Positions 13,651 to 27,429 of a DNA stretch of 64,000 nt are shown here, in pieces (the first letter of the stretch is position 1; each line of letters starts with the position of its first letter). Both the position numbers and the translations under genes were made by a program. The stretch comes from Bigelowiella natans CCMP2755 (Eukaryota; Protista; Cercozoa). The notes under the pieces were generated by a model. It made no database searches. It was not told the origin of the DNA and was given only the letters and a program-made list of their open reading frames with translations. The stretch is taken from positions 40,922 to 104,921 of the forward strand of contig ADNK01001162.1 of NCBI GenBank assembly GCA_000320545.1, given 5' to 3'.

Positions 13651-13920
13651 CCCGCCACGTAGCTAGCAAGTAGTGTGGTGAGTGAGCTGCTATTTCTCCC
13701 TCCCCCCCTCCTTTCAGTGGCACCGCTTCTTGTTGCTGTTGTTGTTGTTGTTGTTGCTGCTGTTGCTGTTGCTGATCCGACTGTAGATCCTCGTGTAGAC
13801 TTGGATTTTAGGAAGTTTTTAGTCAGATTAGATGCATTGCGTCGTTGTCATTTTGCCGCCAATCACACCAACACTATCACCAATTTTCAAATCATGCTGG
13901 TTTCCCCAGTTAGTCCCCGC

Positions 13921-15180
13921 GTCTCCACTTGCAGGTCACTGTCCAAGCGCTCGTGGTTGGACGTGAACACGTGAAACTGACCCTCCTTCTTCGGTTGCTC
14001 TTGACTGGAGAAGGCAAGTGAGGACGTGGGTGAGCTGCCTACATGCCCACGGCCCTTGCGATTCATCGAAGTGATTGAAAACTCTGCATTCGATTCGTTC
14101 GATTCGTTCATTGAAACACACGCTTCTTCGATCCTGAGTTTGTGCCGCGTGCGCATCGTCCTCAACGGAACGTGCACACCTTTTCGCAAAGTCCGCTTGC
14201 ACGCATGGTTCGAAACGAACACGAACCTTTCAGATTTGAACCTTGTGAATGGGGGACAATGTGCACTTGCGCGTGCATCCCAGCTAGCCAGCATCGTTGT
14301 TGCCGTCTCGTCGAAACGCGTGCTTTGCACACGCAGCGTGGTCGCAGCGTGTGGCTGGTTGCAACACAATCAGCCTGCACAGTCGCAAAGTTCCACGCGG
14401 CTGCGCAATCTCGCTCACATCGAGCCCACAGACAATCAACGCACACAGCTAGACAGCTAGCTAGCCAGACTAGCTAGCTAGACTAGCTAGCTAGACTAGC
14501 TAGCTGCATGATCAAACTCACCAACTAGCCAAGCTGGCTAGCTGGCAAGTCCATCGCTGGATCGCTGCGCTTCATCACTGTGGACATGCGCTGCACGTGA
14601 TGTGTGTGATGTGCACTGCGTGGGATGAATCATGATGCAACGTTTTGTGCAGCAAATGAAGATGCATGACCATGGACATGCGCACATGTGACATGTGCAA
14701 TCTAGCAATGCACACAATGTGCACTGTGTCTGTTGTCATTCCCGCAATCTAGCAATGTCTAGCTAGCTAGGTGTGCCAATCACTGCAATCAGTGATCCCC
14801 ATGGATGCAGCAGTGGCACCTGCTCTGGTGCTAGCCTGCTGCATGCATGCTCCATTCGCATCGTGTTTGCTAGTTTGGGCTTTGTGCAGTGCCTAGAGTC
14901 GTGCATGTGTTCAAGCTAACAGGCGTCGCTAGTGATCGATCGCTGCACCAATCCTTCACTTCTGGATTTGTCCATGCTTGAATTCGATCTTCTGGTGATT
15001 CTGCATGGATCTTGTTGGGCGGTGGCGATGCGTGCTAGCATGCTAGCATGGCAGCCCCAACCGGACTAGTGGACACAGCTAGACAGACACCATGGACAAT
15101 GATCGATGCGCGATGCATGTTTGCATGTCAGCATGCACACACATTGTCTAGATTGTCATCGATGCTAGAAATGATCAAGA
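13921..15180. other. TpA-depleted, CTAG-retaining intergenic tract 1
   Basis: On manual reading of about 1260 bp, TA occurs only inside CTAG except CTAC (14039) and CTAA (~14916). TG/CA-rich, CpG retained. Confidence 0.92.
14444..14505. repeat. Degenerate (CTAG)n/(CTAGA) microsatellite inside tract 1
   Basis: cacagctagacagctagctagccagactagctagctagactagctagctagactagctagc. Confidence 0.85.
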
Positions 15181-15308
15181 CAACGTAATTTCAAAACTTC
15201 AACGTGTTGTTGACAAATAGTTGCACGTTGCATGTGTTAACGTGCATGGTTGCTTTATTCAGTAAAAGATCGAAGAAAGATTTTTTTGGTTCAAAGCGGT
15301 ATGTGAAA

Positions 15309-15419
15309 TTAGTTACCATTAGCGGTGGTGCCGTTGACAATGCAAGAATCGAAAGCCCCAACCTGCAAAACACTCCATTACTTTCGCGAGCCCAGGCTTT
15401 TCTCTTGGTCCCTCACACG

Positions 15420-15470
<51 letters not shown>

Positions 15471-18452
15471 TATATCTCGTTACAACCAAACTTGTGCGAC
15501 TAGTGTGACACAGATTACAACGAATCAAATATAAAATTCAAATGTGCATGTATGTAAAAAATGGACTTTCAAGGCCGTATTTCAGGGAGAAAGTCGCTGT
15601 GTTTCTTTCCTTAAATTTATCTTCAGAATTCTACTGGCTACCACCACGCTAGATGAATTTGTTGCGTAATATTCTGTCGACATACCCAAAGTTGTGTGAT
15701 TTCCTTCCCTGAAAGCCCGTCAAACGTCGTCACTTTCTCGCCTGCTTTATCCCCCAGCATTGCCTTGTATGCGCAGTCGACAACACACTCCGATGTCCGA
15801 TTGTGCGGTTGAGGGCATCCATCGAAGCAATTCTGATGAACGTAGAGAGAGACGGGTAAGATTGATGATGTTGTTGACTGTTACTTCTTCTTCTTCTTTT
15901 TCTTCTTCTTGTATAACCACCATTACCACCACCACTTCTCACGGCTTAATCATACCGGAGAGAGCGAATGAAGTGAAGCATCTAGAGCTTCTATCTGGCA
16001 TCTGAAGTGTTAAATTAACGAAAATCAAACATGAAGGTAGAGAGTAGAGGGAGCGAAAGGAGACATAACAGGTGATGATAGACTAGATGTCGTTCTCAAC
16101 ACAAATAATGCAAAGAAACACATATGCATGATACATAAGAGAGGGGGGGGGGGGGGGGGGGGGGGGGGTAGATTCGCACATAATATGCTGAGAAATAGAG
16201 AATCGAACAGAAAATATGCCAGTAATTGTTACGAGAAAGATCAGGAAACAAAACTAAAACTACAAAAACATGTTTTGTGGATTTATTGTCATGCCCAGTC
16301 GTCAGTCAAAATAAAAAGGCTATTATTTAGTGGATATATGCATGTAGCACCCAGCATCGACTTTCTCCTCCTCTTCAAGGAGCTGCCAATATTTCCCCTC
16401 TCCCTCCTCGGTCTACAATAAAATCACTAAGCTGTCACTAATTATTCGAAGAACGCCAAGAAATGGCACGCCTCACGAGTCTAGTGATTGCATGATATGC
16501 AACGACAATGTCGTATCAACAACGACAAGGAAACAAATTCACTTATAAGAACACGACATTGACAGCTATTCTATCCGCACTGTATGTCCGCAACACAACT
16601 CATGAACTACAACCTATCAGTTGCATCATCATTGTGTAACAATTTTTGTGATACTCTTCATGTTTTCATTATAGTAATTACTATTATTCACAATTTTACG
16701 TCAGCAGGTCAGCAGTATGACGTGCGTAATTACCGTGGAATACCAGGAGCCCTTGAGACGCCTCACCAGGTTGTATAAGTAATAACTATACTTGCTACTG
16801 CCTAAATGGATAATGATGATGATGATGATGATAATAGATATATAGTAATAATAGATAAATAACAGGGGACGGAACGGTAAGCTGCCGGCTGCTGCTTTGG
16901 CAGTAAAAAATGACAGAGAAAAAAACTGAATGCACCATATTTTCCTATGGTGCTAGTTAATTTGATAGAATACCTTTCCTCGGTTTGTAACCAAAAATCT
17001 GATAAATATCCTCTCGTCCGACAGACCCATTACACGGTGCCTAAAAGTTGATGGATAGATGATATAAGGGCAGAGAAGATAGAGGGGCAAGGTGGTAAGA
17101 AAAGAAGGTCGCCAGCCCACTCTTCCATACCGATTAGAAAAACATTCATTCATGTTGCAAAAACTATCATTACAAAGCAGCTGCTACCGATTTATGCCAT
17201 CCACCGCAGACACAGTGATAGGTGCCGTCCTTGCAAGGTTGAGGTGGGTTGGACATCGGAACTGTCCTGATAAGGATTGCGACGATAATGATGATACGCA
17301 TGATATGATGTATCATGTAGTGACATCGTCATCAATGTAACAGTAATATTCATCAATGTCCGATGCGTCTATGAGGTATTATTTTGCCGCACCCATCGAC
17401 GCAGATGTTGCCTGATTTATGTCCACGAGAAGAAGAAGAAGAAGAAGATGGAGAAATGGAGGGAATCAAGTGAACAGGTGCATTATATTTCAGTATTAGT
17501 TCATTGAGTAGTTAGATATGAGCTCATGTCTTTACTACGACTCACACATCATCAATACAACATTGCAAGCTTCAACATAGGGTCAAGTCTTGCGTAAATT
17601 TAACAATTTACTTAGACCAAATTGCAAAATAGTTGTGTAAACTCCTCCCCCATCTTTCCTAATTGCCGAATCGTCTTTTCTATGTTTTTAATTCAGGGCT
17701 ACATATTGATGTGTATATGATATAGCATTGTAAGCCTTGTAATAAAAGAAGTCTTATTATTATTATTATTATTTTTATTGTAATTCATTATAATAATTCG
17801 CATAGTAGTACATCTTCCATACGGTCCGTATCGTGAGTCAACTTGGACCTACAGACGAATACATTATATTATCGAAATTGTAGGTGGTGTGCATGATGGG
17901 TACTGTTGATTGAGTTAGTTGCTAACCAAAACACGGGTAATAGCAAGGTCCTTTGCAATGACCTGTAGAACGCAATAGGTGATTAATACTGTAGAAAATA
18001 TAGCAACAGGATCATCTATCTTTCCTTATTACCTCAGGATTTGAGCACTGCCCAGGCCAATGATGCTGAGACTTGTTCGCACATATCAGAGGAGACTGAA
18101 AACCAGACGTACATTAGGTAAAGGGTGGGTTACAAAATTTTCGTTCAAGCATCGCTATGGGGCTAGAGATCGATGTGTGCTTTTACCATTCTGGACTGGA
18201 GATCAAAGAATGCATCTCCAATCGCATCAGCCGTGTTCATATTTTTAATGCCGCTGTAGCTAATGGAATTAGAGGACAATCAGCTCGTCTGTCGTTGCTA
18301 GTGTAAAGATTGCAGAAGAAACATTGGAAATTGTAATACTTGGCTGGGTTCACATGATAGAGGGTGAGATTCACGGCATAATTGGGATCAATCTGGCTGC
18401 TTACGAGACCGCAGAGGAAGCTTAACGATAGTAGCCATGATGGCAACAACAT
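15309..18452 (-). CDS. Secreted cysteine-rich protein of unknown function, multi-exon
   Basis: Signal peptide MLLPSWLLSLSFLCGLVSS. Threaded exons: NLTLYHVNP, NMNTADAIGDAFFDL, CSNPE|VIAKDLAITRVL|VQVDSRYGPYGR, PCKDGTYHCVCGG, LKGSWYST, CFDGCPQPHNRTSECVVDC, ITQLW|VGAFDSC...GN*. Some internal exons are uncertain. Confidence 0.7.
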
Positions 18453-18716
18453 GATGGTTCGAAGAAGAGCCTGAGTAATACTGGATATAATTCCTCATAT
18501 TCACTTGTCGTTCCTGATAAAACAAAGGGAATTTATTACATACTTGATGAACGACTTAACAACTAGGACTTCCATAAATTACGATACACTAGTACTGTGA
18601 CATCCCGATATATTACATATTATAGGCATAATTTGTATACCGAAAACATCTAAATTGGAATAGTAGTCCTCCCCCTCCTACTCAAAGATGATGATAATGA
18701 TGATGATGATGAAAGC

Positions 18717-19452
18717 ATGGCTGATTTCCTGATGCTACACCGACAAACACCCAACATTATTATTACAATCCTCTCCTCCTCCTCCTCCTCCTTCTCCTCC
18801 TCCTCCTCCTTCTCCTCCTCCTCTCCTCCTCCTCCTCTCCTCCTCCGCTGTGACTCTTCGCATGGTCTGGAGGAAGGTATCACAACTCCTCGGAGGGCCC
18901 CTCTAATTACGTAAAATGCACCTGCTAATAGTACATTGCAACGGGGTGGAGATTCACTGTAGCTTTGCCCTTTTCAAAGATAACAAATTCTGCTGCCGGG
19001 CGCTCTGGACAATCATTTTCCTCATTCTGTGCTTCTCCTCCTGTTTCTTCCTTCTTCTTCTTCTTCTTCTTCTTTTTCTTCTTCCTCCTCCATCATCTTG
19101 CTTGCTCTCTTCCTTCTTCAGGTTGCCGTAGTTATAGGGTCGGGGGTTTCTTTCGGGTTTCTTGGGTTCTATCTCCAGAGTAGGCTGTTGACAGACTATG
19201 AGGTGGTGTGCATCGTACTTATTCCTATCCTCGCTTTTTAAAATCATAATTTTAGATTCATCCAATGAGTACTGAAGATAGTGCAAAAACTCTAGCTGTT
19301 GTCACCTTTGTTTCTAAATAACTATCCAGGTCGAAATGAAGAAAACCTTAGACCGTGAAGTTGAGCAGGAATTTCAGAGACGGAAGAAAATGAAAGCTAG
19401 TATCGCGAGATCATTGCCCCCACTCGCAGCAAAGAATGAGCCCGATGAATAA
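18717..19452 (+). CDS. Small hypothetical membrane protein (one TM helix plus charged helical C-terminus)
   Basis: Exons cag|VAVVIGSGVSFGFLGFYLQSRLLTDYE|gt and cag|VEMKKTLDREVEQEFQRRKKMK...NEPDE* (stop ~19452) join in frame. The 5' exons are uncertain. Confidence 0.5.
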
Positions 19453-20297
19453 CACTGCATAAGACGCCATGGAAACCAGACACAGCTAGACAGCATCGAA
19501 AATGAAATTTCACGCTATGTTCATGATGTATCACACATGTAGCATTATGTATTCCAAAATAGAGTTAATTATTAATTTGTTGTGTCTATTGCCCATGCAC
19601 GACACAACAAATGCGCATACATGACGCACGACATCATTTTAAATGCATGATTTTGTTCAAATCGATTGTAACAGCCAGATCTAGAGATTTGTAGCGGGCA
19701 CGAACGTCATCTAGAAGCATGTGTGCACAAAGCCACCCTGTCATCCGGGTGTCGTTGCATTGTTCATAGATAGAATTAGAGCTTGTGCTGTTATGTTAAC
19801 AACACTAGCTGGAATTCTAGCTAGTGTTGTGCAATGCGATGCATGACGCAACTTGACCGTGTTTAATAAATATATAATGTGCGTGCATGAAATAACACTA
19901 GAACAAGCAAATTCATCGCGCTGTCTAGCCGTGCTAGCGTGCTACGTGCTACTGCTGCATTGATGTAAGGCATGCGCATGTTGATCATCTGCTCCCACAC
20001 ATTTTGACATTTGATCTAGCTAGCTAGCCATGCACGCTTTAATGGCATATTAACCGCAAATCTAATTCTATGTCGCGCGATCGAATCTGTGCTATTGCAC
20101 ACATAGGCATTTCTTTCTCCACTGTACGGCGTAAGACGATTGACACGTCTGTGGTGTAGCGAAGTGGTTCGTTGTGAGTTTAGACCAAGCAGTGCGCCTT
20201 GCTGTTTTGGTTTTATTAGCTGCGTGATTGTCATGGGTGTTTATTGTCTTTATTCCTAAAATTGTATGCATGCATGGCTGCTGGTACTAGAGTAGAC

Positions 20298-20343
<46 letters not shown>

Positions 20344-21020
20344 GTATAGGCTAGATCCAGTAGATAGCGCTCCAGGCTAGCATGCAGAATAGGTACTAGC
20401 GGAATATTTCTATGTTTCGGACATGCAACGATCAAATATGTAGTTGCATTGTGGTGTCATGCTGTATACAATATGCCATGCAGTCATGTTTTCGCAGTTC
20501 TTGCTAGGATCTCTGCACACATGATTGACACCCTTCATTATATAAGGTAGGTATGTTTCTACATCAATAATCTGATGATCATCAATGTGGGTGAGATTCA
20601 AGTGTATGATCGTAGCGGTGCATCCCCATCTTTACTAACTCAAACACCACATCCTCATCAAAATGCCCGCCTTTACAGTTGATATGCTCGACATGCATAT
20701 GCGGCATGTAATTAAAGAGAAACCTGATTTAAAACGAAAACGATACGGGTGGAGAAGGGTAGATGATGATCAATACCGACTGGCAAAGAACCTCATAATT
20801 CAGCGGCAAAAATGGGAATTACTAGAAATAAACCAGTGATAAGAACAAAACAAAAACAGCGATATTTTGTTGTCAACAGAATCTTAACAAAATGATCTTT
20901 CACAGATATCTGTCTCGACTATTGCAGCGAACAAAAGGATGCCGATTTGTTTTGTAAAAACTCCAAATATACAAATGTAATTGAGCTAGTTATTGTGATG
21001 ATAAAATCTAACTATAAACA

Positions 21021-21454
21021 TCAGGACCCCGAATTTGAATGAGCGTCTTTTATCCAAATAAATACTTTGCACATATATGATTTGTTTTCTTCTTCTTCTT
21101 CTTCTTCTTGTTGTTGTTTTCTACCATTCCATTTTGAACCACTCTGGATATAAACGAATTTGCGTGGAACCACGAGGGAGAAACCTGGATGATGATTGAA
21201 ATTGATGATGCTGAAACATCTCTGCTGCTCAAATTGCTTGTTTGCTACTGCTACGATGTCAGCACTATTCATCTGTGTGTTCTCTCTTGGGCTGGATGTA
21301 GAAGTTCTTCTTCTTCTTCTTCTTCTTCTTCTTATCCTCTGGTTACCAGGAAATGAAAGAGCCTGATCCTGGTCCTGTGATGAATATCGTTGAACGCGAC
21401 ATCTCCTTCGTTCGTCGTATAACATACAACACATACAGCACACACATTAAAATA

Positions 21455-21489
<35 letters not shown>

Positions 21490-22327
21490 ACACAGCTTTG
21501 CTGCATCCTTCTACGAGATCTGCCAGCATAGCACACACGCTACTTCTTCTTCTTTTCGTGTGGACCAACACATATTTGAATATGCAATACAATCCAAAAT
21601 GATGACACCTAATCCTACTTCCCGCTCACACTAGTAATAGTAGTACTAATAGTAGCAGTAGCAGTAATAGTAGTAGCAATAGCAGTAGTAGTAGCAGTAG
21701 TAATACCTTTATTTGATATTTTATAGGCTTTCCGTGCCATGTCTACATACGAAGAAAAGAAGAAGAAGAAGAAGAAGAAGAAGAAGAAGAGGAAACAAGA
21801 TGATGATTATGAACATCATCGGGGTTAAGAGAGTAGTGCCACTTATTACTATGCACCATGTAGTGTATATGTATCAGCATGTAGTGTGTCTTCTTTCATT
21901 CAGCCCGTCATTTACTTAACAGTGAGAATAAAAACGGTGTAGTAGTAGCAGTAGCAGTCTCGTTTTGAATTGTTCAAAATATAATAAGAAATTGTCCTTT
22001 TTCATTGTAGTGTGTTGATGATTATTGATGGGTTGTGCTGCTTGTATCAGTCAGAAAGGCACTGATTCTTCATGCAAGTAGTAGTACAACCAATGGCATA
22101 TCATGGGTAGTGCATGATGTGTGTATTAGAGTATATCCCGTGCAATCTTAGTTTAAGTTTTTGTTATTTTGATGAATGAATGGTTGTATGCTATGCTTGT
22201 AGTTTGTTGAAGATACTTATGATGTGTACGGAAGCTGTTATTACCACAAAGAGCATGACTTCTATATTTAGACTCTCTTCAATCCTTTTCTTTAACTTAG
22301 AAAGTCCGAATATCTTACCAGCAAACA

Positions 22328-22361
<34 letters not shown>

Positions 22362-22955
22362 TATGTAAACATATTATATATATAAATATATTTCATTATT
22401 GTCTGTCTCTCTCTCTGTGTGTGTGTGTGTGTGTGTGTGTGTAGTGAGTAGCAGCACCTTTCTTTCCGCTTTGTAGTCTTTGACATCTCTGTCCCATATT
22501 ATCACCTTATTATTACATGCGTCGTCATTATAGTTCAGAGTAGTAGAGACGATGAGTGGATGATACGATGATTAAAATTAAACAATCCTTCACCCTGTTC
22601 TTCTTTGGCAGCACGTCTCGTATTCCTTATGATTATTTGACATACCATTTGTTAGTGAGAGAACTCACATCAAACATATGTATCAGCTCAACATCTACCA
22701 ACAAAATACACCATGATCAAAGGAAAACAACGAACAGAAACCGTTGTATGTACAAAGTGGTTGTTGTTATAATAATAATATTATTATCTATAATTACTAT
22801 CATCATTGTTATCATATTCACGGGTAGTATTATACTGTTGAATGGGGATATATTTATTGAATGTCAATATTCACCTATATTGTGCATGACATATCGACGG
22901 AAGTTGTACAGTGTTGCTTGTCGGCCTAAATGATTAAAGCACACACACACGCACA

Positions 22956-23009
<54 letters not shown>

Positions 23010-23338
23010 CACACGCTACGTTTTACAAACCTAGTCAGCCCCTCTTCGGTGTGAGAGAGAGGGGGAGATATTCACGTGCATATTTATAACCTTGATTGCA
23101 GCTAACAACACTACTACTACTACTACCACTACCACTACCTTGATTGCAGTCGTGCCGTGTGTTTGATTTCCTGCCGTGGCCAATGCCTATGTTATTATCA
23201 ATCAAAGATGATGCATTGAATGTACCCTTTCTAATACCGCAAGATCAGCAGTAAAACTACTTCTTAGGACACGTAAAAGAACACCATTTAAGTGATTGAA
23301 ATGCATTGTTTCATTAATAAATGATAAATAAAATGATG

Positions 23339-23369
<31 letters not shown>

Positions 23370-23823
23370 AATACCATCTTCACAGTGGTCAGCAAGCATG
23401 CCCATTCCTGAGTAGTAGTATTAGTAGTAGTAGTAGTAGTATTAGTAGTAGGAGGAGGAGGAGGAGATGTGTAGGTGTGCACGTAGTTCTATGCGAATAT
23501 AATGAATATTGTTATGGTATGAAGTGCGTAAAGAAGTGTGTTAGTGTACACATTACTGTGTGGTACATGCATGCAGCAATTCCACACACACACACACACA
23601 CACACACACGCAACGAACACCTCACATACACTAACACATTATACCACAAGCTGTTGTTAGGAAGAAGAAAAGCAAGATAAACATGTAAATTCTTATTACC
23701 TGCTGCAACCTTACGAAAGCATATAGGATGATGATTTCTTCCTCCCATGTCTCTCGTGTAGTTTTTCACTGTAATCACCTTTAAAAATAGATCAATATAT
23801 ATATATATATATATATATATTGT

Positions 23824-23856
<33 letters not shown>

Positions 23857-24383
23857 TATCAATTATTATATTGTTATAACTTGATATCAAGAGTCATGCT
23901 GCAGCAGGTTCGGGTAGTATCAGGCAGCAGCAGCAGCAGTAGTAGTATTAGTTAGAGTATATTTCCTTCCGCTTTTGCTCTTTTCTTTGGGTCTCATTTT
24001 ATGAGTCGTTTGGATGGTGATTTTGGAGTAGTACTTACTTCATTTGCTGTGAAGAGGTGCGACAGTTGTTTGTACCGAAACATACACTTTTTCCCTTGAA
24101 CAGGCTAGCAACAACATTGGTAGTAGAATATCAGTAGGTAAGGAGGAGAGATCTTTCATAATATCATCGTCATCATCGTCATCATCATCATCATATTCAT
24201 AATCTCCATCATCTTCATCATCATTGCACTACTACTACTACGAGTACTCCTCCTACCCCCCAATTTTTGAGTTGATAGTCGCATGACCATTGTAGTGGTT
24301 CTTTGAGTTCATGTCGTATCATCTGCACGTTGTAGTCGAGCTCATCAAAGGCCTCTAGCATACTGATAATAATTATGATGACA

Positions 24384-24416
<33 letters not shown>

Positions 24417-25368
24417 GCCATTGCTCCAAGATGGCCAATGAAGGAGAAGCACGAGTGTATAGTAGTACCGAATATCATCGTATTGAATATTAGATGTAAG
24501 TAGCGTCCCCCCCCTCCTCCTCCTCCTCGCCCTCATCATCAACATAGCAACCAACCTATACGCTGGAAACAACTCGTCAGAAAGGAAATGACCAAAGTTC
24601 TCCGCATTATAGGAGACATATCTGAAGTAGGATACCAAACCAACAGCTTGTACACATCAACACACATTAATAATTGATGTATCATGATTTATCACTCTCC
24701 TTCTCTACCCCCTCCACCCCCCCCCCCCTCCCCTGTTCCCTTCTCGTTGCTATGTTTTCGAACAACAAATAAACATGTTATGAAGTATAGGTAAGGTGCA
24801 GGTATTCAGTAGTAGTAGGATATGAATCATGTTAGAAAGGTAGTAGTAGCAGTAGTATATATACTACAAAGCTCATAATAGTACTACAGTATATGGATGT
24901 TGGAGAGATAGATGACTTCATCGGTGCCGACTAATTGGTAGTAGTAGTCGTTGTAGTTGTAGGTAGTTATGATGCAATAAGAGGATGGTGGTGATGATGA
25001 TAATGATGATAATATTGATAGTGAATAATGCCAACGAAGATGATCGATCATCAATTGCTCCGTATAAGAAATCGATACCAACACAACAATCTTGTGATTG
25101 CTCTCATGTAAACAATGGTTCTTATTATCAACTGCTATCATCTACCCTCTATCCCCCCATAGCATCATCACATCTCAGATGAAAGATGATGACGACAACA
25201 GAACTATCAATTCGGTCATAAGAATAACCGCACCTTCTTTAATGAAGTCTCGTTGATTTATGATCTCAGGAATGAACTTCTGCTCTGCAGTGTCCTCCTA
25301 TCACGTGAATAACTACGTCAATTATTACGTCGGGGATTCGATGACGATGCCACTGCAAAATCGAAGAA

Positions 25369-25404
<36 letters not shown>

Positions 25405-25891
25405 TATATTTATATGTCATTATTGTGTGTGCATAGAATATTCTTATGGTATAATATCACCCACCAGCGCAGCAGGAAAGACATGCATACGATTGAACAT
25501 GCAAATCAATAAAATAGGTTTAAATGATGACGATGATGATGATGATAAACACCAACCCCTAGAGGGGCCAAACTGACTGCCAGGTGATTGTCATTCTAAG
25601 AGTAATCAAGGAAGAGGAGGAGTACGACAATATGATAAATTTATCATCATCATCATCATCATCATCATCATTATCATCGTCATCATCTTATTCATACAAG
25701 CCTTCATCTGCGGTTGACATAATAAGTCTTATCGTTGTTGTTGTTGTTGTTGTTGTTGTTAGTCGTAGTAGTAGTAGTAGTAGTAGTAGGCTCTCAAGGA
25801 CAATGGATCAGAATAATCTCATTGGTTAGTATGTAGCACATTCACTATCAGGAGACCGTCTTAGTTGTAGACGAAATCACAACTATACTGT

Positions 25892-25937
<46 letters not shown>

Positions 25938-26609
25938 TGTACTGGCAATGCAGTGTTAGTATCTATTTACCCCCCCCGTAACTTCTGCATCTTCCACGTG
26001 TTGGGTTTCAAAATCATGCTACGAATGAATAATAGGGTTGGTAATAGTAGTAATAGTAGTAGTAGTAGTAGAGCGTATTAGGGTCAATAACACAACAACT
26101 ACATCATCATTACCACTACTTAGTGTGGTAGGTCGTTTACTAGTTGTTATGCTACCATCATAACACGAGCAATCGTCATCAACAGTCTCATTATCAAAAT
26201 CTGTTTTCTCGACGCTGAGGCCATACTTTTCTTCTCACACATCCCCCTCTTCCTCCTCATTGCTTTAAGTGTTGTAGTTGATAATGTTAATAGCAACTAT
26301 TACTACTACGAACTACTACTACTGCTACTATTGACCCTGGTGATGTAAAACCATTTCTCATTGTGGTAGCACAAGTCATGGTATCTGAACATATGATCAT
26401 AAATTGTCATAATATGTGTTTCAATGACGTGAGTGGTAGTAGTAGTAGTAGTAGTAGTAGTAGTAACGTACTTGTATGCTTGCAGCATTGTTGAATGACG
26501 ACTAGGTGATATAATAAGAAATTGTGATATCTCTCTCTTTCTCCCTCTCTATATATATGTATATCTCTTGCCTCCCTGTTCTCTCTCCCCTCCCCCCCCT
26601 CTCTCCGGT

Positions 26610-26644
<35 letters not shown>

Positions 26645-27000
26645 ACAGGCATGTAGCACGTTTCCAGTTATCGTCCATATAGTCCCTTGAGGGTGATTAT
26701 CGATATATTACATATATACTTACACACAACACAAGCACACATACAGCTCATAGTCATCATCGTCATCGTCATTATCATCATCGCCATCATCACCTATGTT
26801 GTCTGTGCGTTGATTTGTTGTTTGCATAAGCAGGTAGGGATAGCAGTACCTTCCATAACATGTGTGTGTGGAGTGGACATCGGAAATGCTCACTTTCTTG
26901 GGCGGGTCGCTGATCATAACCGACTGCAGTTAGCATTTCATAATACTGCAAAAATAGACGACATAGCTGCTGCTGCTGCTGCTGCTAGTTCTGCTTCTTA
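21021..27000 (-). CDS. Multi-exon putative glycosyltransferase-like protein (GT61/DUF563-like)
   Basis: Exons STHTCYGR|DYMDDNWKRATC|YHDLCYHNEKWFYI, RYVSYNAENFGHFLSDELFPAY|MLEAF..., ICFRKVAAG|MGMLADHC. The NxGHxxxDxxxPxY and CF..v..G motifs resemble GT61-like enzymes. Both ends are approximate. Confidence 0.5.
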
Positions 27001-27034
27001 GAACTAGAATTTGACACTAGGAGACTACCGTGAC

Positions 27035-27075
<41 letters not shown>

Positions 27076-27429
27076 CTGATGATGTATTCGCAGGAAGCGG
27101 AACAGCAGTTGCATCACTTAGAGAATATTTTCCAACTTAACGTAGGTATATTTTCTTGTCAATATCGTGATAATCTCCATCATCCTCATCATGGCGCTTT
27201 GGTTACTTACGTTTGTTTCTTCCTATGTGTAGCTATTTTGCCACTCTTTTTTTTCCTGATTGATGATGGAATCACACGTCGTACAGGTGTTACTTAGCGA
27301 AGAAAAGCATTTACTACTACTATTACTACTTACTACTTACTACTACTACTTCACTCATTGATCGATAAATGTAAGTGCTACCCATCAACCGCAAATTACC
27401 ACTAATTATATGTTACAAAGGCGGCTGCT

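Noticed and set aside
13887-14477. Overlapping ORFs on both strands in tract 1 (also 29821-30354 and 41489-42274)
   Set aside because: They are nearly Tyr-free and Cys/His-rich, and are open only because TAA/TAG cannot occur without TpA. They are artefacts of the compositional signature.
13921-15180. CpG-methylation decay or fungal RIP as the cause of TG/CA richness
   Set aside because: CpG is abundant in the tracts, and RIP would create TpA rather than remove it.
18954-19286. Minus-strand 110-aa basic ORF
   Set aside because: It is antisense to a better-supported spliced plus-strand gene, and its Arg run is a (CTT)n microsatellite.
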